In this document: piece after piece, positions 58,413 through 64,000 of the stretch
Numbering within the stretch: position 1 is the first letter of the stretch
How the letters are laid out: each line of letters begins with the position of its first letter
From: Candidatus Falkowbacteria bacterium
GTDB lineage: Bacteria; Patescibacteriota; Patescibacteriia; Patescibacteriales; UBA12465
Assembly: GCA_026396875.1 (NCBI GenBank)
Contig: JAPLVY010000004.1
Span: forward strand, 83,163 to 147,162
Direction: 5' to 3'
Length of the DNA stretch: 64,000 nt
Position numbers and translations under genes: made by a program
Notes under the pieces: model-generated
What the model was told of the DNA's origin: nothing
The model's database searches: none
The model's input: only the letters and a program-made list of their open reading frames with translations

Positions 58413-59491
58413 ATGTCCAAGAGCTCAACGATTGAGACTAAGGCTAGAACAAAGATACTGATTATTTCATTGAGAACCTCAGTATGCTGGTCTTTTCTGG
58501 TATGCCAGTGAGTGACTCCTTGAGCTCTATTGCCGAGGAAGTGCATTCGTCCAGAATGAAAAAAATAATTGGTGACATCAGGATCGATATTGAAAACGGC
58601 TCTCCAGTCTGGAAAGCCCTGGAGGCTAGTAATCTGCTCAAACCTCATTCAATATCCCTTATTCGTTTAGGAGAGAAGGCCGGGAAGCTCACGGAGAATT
58701 TGAGAGTGGTTGCCACCGAAGAGCAGAAAGACCGAAATTTTAAATCAAAATTACGGTCAGCCATGATGTATCCAATATTTGTCATGTCCATTACTGCAGT
58801 TGTAGGTATTGGAATCGCCTGGTTCATCCTGCCAAAACTAGCCGAGGTTTTCTTTCAATTAAACATCAAACTGCCGTTAATCACTAAAATCTTGATTGGC
58901 CTAGGGGCTTTTTTGGGAAAATATGGTCAGTACGCGATTCCGGGATTAATTATCTTCTTGTTCTTGGCTTATTACTCAATTTTTGTTTATCGCAAAACTA
59001 AAATTGTCGGTCAGTTCATTCTTTTTCATACGCCCGGGGTTAAGCAATTAATGAAGGAGGTGGAAGTGGCTCGTTTCGGTTATCTACTTGGCACTCTCTT
59101 GGAGGCCGGTGTCCCGATTATTGTTGCCCTCGATTCACTGGCTAATGCGACAGAGTTTTTATCTTATCGCAATTTTTATTTACATATTAGAAATTCGGTG
59201 AGTGAAGGAAATTCTCTTCAAAAGAGCTTTGCTTCTTTCGGGCGGGCAAAAAAATTAGTTCCCGTGCCAATCCTTCAATTAGTAGTTGCTGGCGAAAAAT
59301 CAGGCAATCTTTCCAATGTTCTTTTGAAGGTCGGGCTGATGTTTGAAGACAAGGCCGACGCTACTACTAAGAATTTGACTATCATTCTGGAGCCGATTCT
59401 TTTGGTAGTTGTTTGGCTGGGAGTGGTAGCAGTTGCCCTGGCAGTTATTCTCCCGATTTACGGTTTAGTTGGCGGTCTAAGCACTACCTAA
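58413..59491 (+). CDS. pilC: Type IV pilus/T2SS platform protein (PilC/GspF); 5' end apparently frameshifted, long ORF starts at 58484
   Basis: Two T2SSF repeats (GEKAGKL, AMMYP, GEKSGNL, LEPILL). Family-like DYFIENLS lies upstream of M58484, behind an in-frame TAG at 58445. Confidence 0.85.
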
Positions 59492-59497
59492 TTATTT

Positions 59498-59935
59498 ATG
59501 AAAAAAAGGTCAGGTTTCACGCTTATCGAGATGCTTCTATCGGTTGCCTGCTTGGCGATTATTTCTATTATTGCTATTCCGGTTTATCAATCATTTCAAG
59601 TAAAAAATGATTTGGGGATTGCCACTAATTCAGTGGTGCAAAGCTTGCGACGCGCGCAGATCTTATCTCAAGCTTCCGATGGCAATACTACTTCCGGCGT
59701 AAAAATACAGACAAGCAGTATCACCGTGTTTCGCGGTGCCAGCTATGTAGCAAGAGACACCACTATGGATGAAATTTTTGAAGTGCCGACCAGTATCACC
59801 GCCACCGGGACTAACGAGATAATTTTTAGCAAAATATTTGGCCTTCCTAATGCAACGGGAACAATTATTTTAACTTCTTACATTAATGATTCCAAGACCA
59901 TTACAATTAATGAAAAGGGAATGGTCGCATACTAA
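59498..59935 (+). CDS. Minor pilin (FimT/GspH-like)
   Basis: Prepilin motif GFTLIEMLL. Confidence 0.9.
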   Translation: MKKRSGFTLIEMLLSVACLAIISIIAIPVYQSFQVKNDLGIATNSVVQSLRRAQILSQASDGNTTSGVKIQTSSITVFRGASYVARDTTMDEIFEVPTSITATGTNEIIFSKIFGLPNATGTIILTSYINDSKTITINEKGMVAY

Positions 59936-61658
59936 GACCGGTTTTTCTCTGATCGAGGTCGTCTTATCGACGGCCGTTTTTATTTTGATTGTCACGGCGA
60001 TTGCCGGCGCCTATCTTTACGGTGAACAAGCGACGATGTTGTCGGGTAGCCGGCAGAGGGCAGTAATGTTGGCTGAAGAAGGGGTAGAAGCGGTAAGGAA
60101 TATTCGCGATCCTTTATTTACTAATTTAGTCGACGGAACTTACGGTTTGATAATGTCTGGTAACCAATATAATCTTTCCGGCGCTAGCGATTCAGACGGG
60201 TTTTTTACTCGCTCCATCAATATTGCGACCGTGGATTCGAAACGTAAGGATATCACTTCAACCGTCACTTGGCAGCAGAATCCGCAACGCAGTGGTTCAA
60301 TTAGTATTACTAGTAGATTAACCAATTGGATCGCATCTGGCGCCACCGCTCTAAAGAGTATGGTTATCTATGGCGACGGAACGACTGTGCCAAAATTTAG
60401 GACTTATGACGGTACTGCCAATACTTTTAGCGCTGCCACTGCCACGGCGACTTCTTCTTCCGGCTCAACTTTTATTTTGCGTACGTCGCCTAATAATTAC
60501 GAAGCGCTTGCCGGTTTCGTAACAGCGGCTGGAGTTTTGAATGTTATGTGTTATGACGGCACTGCTTGGAGCCAGGAATGGTCAGTTACTGTTGGCGGCA
60601 CTGGTTCCAGTAGGAGATTCAATATCTCCTATGAAACAAATTCTGGTGATGCTATTGTCCTGTATGGTACTAATGCGGCGACAACCAATGAACTGGCTTA
60701 TCGAGTAAAGCCGGGTGGCTCGGGTTGCGGTGCTGCCAATTGGGGCGCTGCGATAAACCTTAATCCTGCTAGGACCTCTGGTGTGGTCCAGTGGGTAAAA
60801 ATGGCTTGGGATAGAAGATCGTCTTCCAACCTAGTCACTGCTATTTGGGCTGATTCCAACTCCGACTTGTCGGCAATGGTGTGGGATGGCACGACTTGGA
60901 GTAATGAGCCGAGTACGGTGACCGAAGCTTCCCTGGAGGTTGTGGCAGCTGCTCAGGATGTGGAAGATTTTGATGTCGAATATGAATCTATTTCCGGTGA
61001 TGTTATGGTGGCTTGGGCTAATTCGGCTGGATCAGGAACGGTTAACGGAGTGAGATATCGAACCTGCACCGGTGGTATCGCTGCTTGTACTTGGGGAGCG
61101 ACTACTACGCCGCCAACTTTCACTGATGATGCCACCAATTTAGACTTGGCCGCTAATCCCAATACCGATGAAATGGTGTTTGCTTCAATTGGTAATGCTG
61201 CCAGTACTTTATCTTTGGGTTATTGGAGTGGTAGCGCCTGGACTGACACGAACAATGTTGATACTAGCTGTTCCGCCCCATTAGCAGGAACGAGACTGGT
61301 TTCTGCCGGCTGGCTTGTTTCAGGAACAACCACTAGAAGCGTGATTACTTATCATGATAGTGGAGCCACCAATATTGGTTGGTATGTTGGCAATGCCGGC
61401 GTATTTACAGTACAGACTGATTTTGTGGTGTCTCCGGTTTTTGTTAGTCCGCAAAAATATTACCAAATAGAGATGAACCCATTAAGCAAGGATCAGCTAA
61501 TGTTCTGTCTTTCTGGCACAAACCTATATTGCAAAAGATTGGTCATGACTGCGGTGCCCGGCTTTACTTGGACTAACGCTGACGGTAGTGCGGCGCTGGC
61601 AACAACTATGCCACAAGCAATAAATAGCCCATTTTCGTTCGCTTTCGTGAGGAATTAA
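59910..61658 (+). CDS. Minor pilin with a large C-terminal Trp/Thr/Ser-rich putative adhesin domain
   Basis: GFSLIEVVL, AEEGVEAVR, then ~430 aa with recurring [YW]DG..W motifs. Confidence 0.88.
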   Translation: MKREWSHTKTGFSLIEVVLSTAVFILIVTAIAGAYLYGEQATMLSGSRQRAVMLAEEGVEAVRNIRDPLFTNLVDGTYGLIMSGNQYNLSGASDSDGFFTRSINIATVDSKRKDITSTVTWQQNPQRSGSISITSRLTNWIASGATALKSMVIYGDGTTVPKFRTYDGTANTFSAATATATSSSGSTFILRTSPNNYEALAGFVTAAGVLNVMCYDGTAWSQEWSVTVGGTGSSRRFNISYETNSGDAIVLYGTNAATTNELAYRVKPGGSGCGAANWGAAINLNPARTSGVVQWVKMAWDRRSSSNLVTAIWADSNSDLSAMVWDGTTWSNEPSTVTEASLEVVAAAQDVEDFDVEYESISGDVMVAWANSAGSGTVNGVRYRTCTGGIAACTWGATTTPPTFTDDATNLDLAANPNTDEMVFASIGNAASTLSLGYWSGSAWTDTNNVDTSCSAPLAGTRLVSAGWLVSGTTTRSVITYHDSGATNIGWYVGNAGVFTVQTDFVVSPVFVSPQKYYQIEMNPLSKDQLMFCLSGTNLYCKRLVMTAVPGFTWTNADGSAALATTMPQAINSPFSFAFVRN

Positions 61659-61663
61659 AACAT

Positions 61664-62176
61664 ATGATTACTGGAAATCAGAAAAATGGCTTTACCTTAA
61701 TTGAATTAATGCTTTATGTAGCAATATCTTCGGTTATCTTGTTGTTGACTTCGCTTTTTCTTTCTATGCTTTTGGAGTCTAGGGTCAAAAATCAAACTAT
61801 CGCTGAGGTTGAGCAGCAGGGGGTACAGGTTATGCAGATTGTTACTCAAACAATCAGAAACGCCAATGCCATGGGGACACCTGCTAATGGCGCCACCAGC
61901 ACTTCTTTGTCGATAAACACTATTTTGGCTTCCACTACTCCAACATTATTTGATCTTTCTGGTGGCGTAGTAAGAATAAAAGAAGGAACTGGCGCCGTTA
62001 TTCCTCTTACCAATTCGGACGTGACCGTCACCGGACTGACTTTTTATAACCTTTCTCGCGCCAGTACTCCCGGCATAATAAAAATTTCTTTCACCATCTC
62101 TTCTCTTAACCCAGCAAATCGCAATGAATATTCTTTTAGTAAGTTTTTTACTGGCGCCGCTGCCGTGCGACAATAA
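61664..62176 (+). CDS. Minor pilin (PilW/GspJ-like)
   Basis: Prepilin motif GFTLIELMLY. Confidence 0.9.
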   Translation: MITGNQKNGFTLIELMLYVAISSVILLLTSLFLSMLLESRVKNQTIAEVEQQGVQVMQIVTQTIRNANAMGTPANGATSTSLSINTILASTTPTLFDLSGGVVRIKEGTGAVIPLTNSDVTVTGLTFYNLSRASTPGIIKISFTISSLNPANRNEYSFSKFFTGAAAVRQ

Positions 62177-62185
62177 ATTTGCAAT

Positions 62186-62590
62186 ATGAAGATTTTTTTA
62201 AGACAATCAAAGAATTCAAAGGGTTATATTACTCTGCTCAGTGTGTTGATTGTTGGTGCTGTTAGTATTGCAATCACGGTTTCTTTGATTCTTTTGGGTT
62301 TGAGCAGCTCACGTACGGGGCTCAGTTATCAGCAAATGTTCCAAGCCAAAAATTTGGCGCACTCTTGTGCTGAAGAAGGATTAGAGAAAATTCGCGAATC
62401 CTCAGCCTTTTCTGGTAGCGGCAGTATTAGTGCCAGTCAGGGGTCATGTACTTATTTGGTGACCAATTTGGGCGGGAATAGTCGCACTGTTGATGCGACG
62501 GGAACCGTCCTGACGGTAATCAGAAGAGCATCCGTCAGTGTTACGGCGATTAATCCCTTGATTGTTGTTTCTTCTTGGCAGGAGATGTAA
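62186..62590 (+). CDS. Minor pilin (PilX/GspK-like)
   Basis: GYITLLSVLIV without Glu5, AHSCAEEGL, C-terminal SWQE. Confidence 0.85.
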   Translation: MKIFLRQSKNSKGYITLLSVLIVGAVSIAITVSLILLGLSSSRTGLSYQQMFQAKNLAHSCAEEGLEKIRESSAFSGSGSISASQGSCTYLVTNLGGNSRTVDATGTVLTVIRRASVSVTAINPLIVVSSWQEM

Positions 62591-62640
62591 TCTTCTGCTA
62601 TAATATTATTAGTTAGTTTTTATTAATTTAAAAAATTTTT

Positions 62641-63072
62641 ATGAAAAAAATCAAAGGCTTTACCTTAATCGAAATTTTATTGGTTGTGGCCGCCATCGCT
62701 ATCTTGGCTGGTATTGTCATTTTGGCAATTAATCCAAACAAACAATTAGGAGAAACGAGAAATGCTCAGCGTCGAGCAGATGTGACCACAATCTTAAATG
62801 CGGTCTATCAATATTCTATCGATAACGGTACTTTACCAGCAGCAATTACTGCTTCCTCGACCGATGTCTGCAAGACTGGCGTTTCTTGCGGTAGCTTAAT
62901 CGATCTGTCCGTTTTGACCGCTAGTGAAAAATATTTAACCGCTCTACCTAGCGATCCAAAGAGTTCAACTGCTAGTAGTACTGGCTATCAAATATTAAAG
63001 ACTGCCAATAATCGGGTTACTGTTACTGCAAACAATGCTGAACAGAGCGCGACTATTAGCGTTACCAGATAA
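62641..63072 (+). CDS. Type IV pilin (major-pilin-like), copy 1
   Basis: GFTLIEILLVVAAIAILAGIVILAINP. Confidence 0.93.
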   Translation: MKKIKGFTLIEILLVVAAIAILAGIVILAINPNKQLGETRNAQRRADVTTILNAVYQYSIDNGTLPAAITASSTDVCKTGVSCGSLIDLSVLTASEKYLTALPSDPKSSTASSTGYQILKTANNRVTVTANNAEQSATISVTR

Positions 63073-63077
63073 ATCAT

Positions 63078-63545
63078 ATGAAAAATTTTAAAAAAGAAAC
63101 CGGCGGCTTTACCTTAATCGAAATTTTATTGGTTGTGGCCGCCATCGCTATTTTGGCTGGTATTGTCATTCTGGCAATTAATCCAAACAAACAATTAGGA
63201 GAAACCAGAAACGCCTCCAGGCGTGCCGCTGTTAACACAATTCTAAACGCCGTTTATCAATATTCAATTGACAACAATGGCACCTTACCAACAATCCCAA
63301 CCGGAACTTGCAGTCTAGTTGCTGCGAATCAGGTTTGTAAGGCCACGGCGACTGGAACCTGTTCTACTGGTGTAGACCTTTCCGTCCTGACTACTTTGGA
63401 GAAATATTTAACCAGTATGCCGATCGATCCAACCGTTTCTTCAACCGATGGCAGTGGTTATTACATTGCTAAAAGCGCCAACGGTCGAGTTACTGTCTGT
63501 GCCCCTAGTGCCGAACAGAGCGCAACCATTAGTGTTACTAGATAG
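63078..63545 (+). CDS. Type IV pilin (major-pilin-like), copy 2
   Basis: Same N-terminal helix and same C-terminal AEQSATISVTR as copy 1; terminator at ~63580-63602. Confidence 0.93.
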   Translation: MKNFKKETGGFTLIEILLVVAAIAILAGIVILAINPNKQLGETRNASRRAAVNTILNAVYQYSIDNNGTLPTIPTGTCSLVAANQVCKATATGTCSTGVDLSVLTTLEKYLTSMPIDPTVSSTDGSGYYIAKSANGRVTVCAPSAEQSATISVTR

Positions 63546-63713
63546 TATCGTTTAATTGCTTAAATTTTCCAAAAATCGGAAGAGCCCTTATTGGGCTCTT
63601 TTGTTTTTTTGGTACTTACTCTTCATGCTTTTGTTTGTTATAATAAAATATAGTTAAGTCTTCTTTTGTTTTTAAGTAAAAACTCTTATTAATTCCAAAA
63701 TATAGTAAATCAT

Positions 63714-64000
63714 ATGAGTATTAAAAAATTGGAGTGGGAGGAAAAATATAGCGTTGGCGTGAAAGAGCTTGATGACCAACACAAGTTCATGTTTGCCACG
63801 ATTAATGAATTATTGGAGTTGGTAAATAATAATACCGCCAAGGAATATCTCGGTGGAGTAATTGATGCTCTAATTAAATACAAAATATTTCACTTTCAGA
63901 CCGAGGAAAAATATTTCCAAGAGTTCAACTATAGTGGAGCACAAGATCATATTGCTAGGCATCAAGAATTTAACAACAAGTTGGCTTTGATTAGTGCCAG
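63714..64000 (+). CDS. Bacteriohemerythrin (partial, runs off the window end)
   Basis: Manual translation: W..KYSVGVKELDDQHK...HFQTEE.YF...Y....DHIARHQEF iron-ligand pattern. Confidence 0.9.
   Translation, partial: MSIKKLEWEEKYSVGVKELDDQHKFMFATINELLELVNNNTAKEYLGGVIDALIKYKIFHFQTEEKYFQEFNYSGAQDHIARHQEFNNKLALISA

Overview
AT-rich bacterial chromosome segment in translation table 11 (TGA is a stop). Gene content and the mostly Shine-Dalgarno-free, A/T-rich leaders suggest Patescibacteria/CPR (Parcubacteria-like); this taxonomy is inferred. Housekeeping blocks are a two-component pair, PBP2, a CIRCE-controlled hrcA-grpE-hsp20-dnaK-dnaJ operon, a complete F1Fo ATP synthase operon, uppP, mltG, miaB/miaA, gatB, a dCMP-to-dTDP operon (dCMP deaminase, thyX, kinase, tmk-dut fusion), three GT2 genes plus galU, murA, rplU, recR/ybaB/dnaB, tRNA-Thr, tRNA-Lys, mtaB and a PIF1 helicase. 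The window ends with a collagen-like protein, a type IV pilus/T2SS cluster and a partial hemerythrin. The most unusual signal is at 42836-43048. A D-stem-less tRNA-like RNA with a G3:U70 alanine acceptor stem is followed by a separately promoted ~75-nt RNA whose 5' end is perfectly complementary (15 nt) to it. This could be a split (trans) tmRNA-like or antisense system. Other highlights are a likely remote DGR target gene with no RT/TR in the window, a structured element bracketed by a tRNA-Lys 3'-end duplication, two long intergenic hairpins sharing a core motif, a candidate sRNA between miaB and miaA, and an apparent frameshift at the 5' end of pilC. All calls were made by eye, with no database searches.
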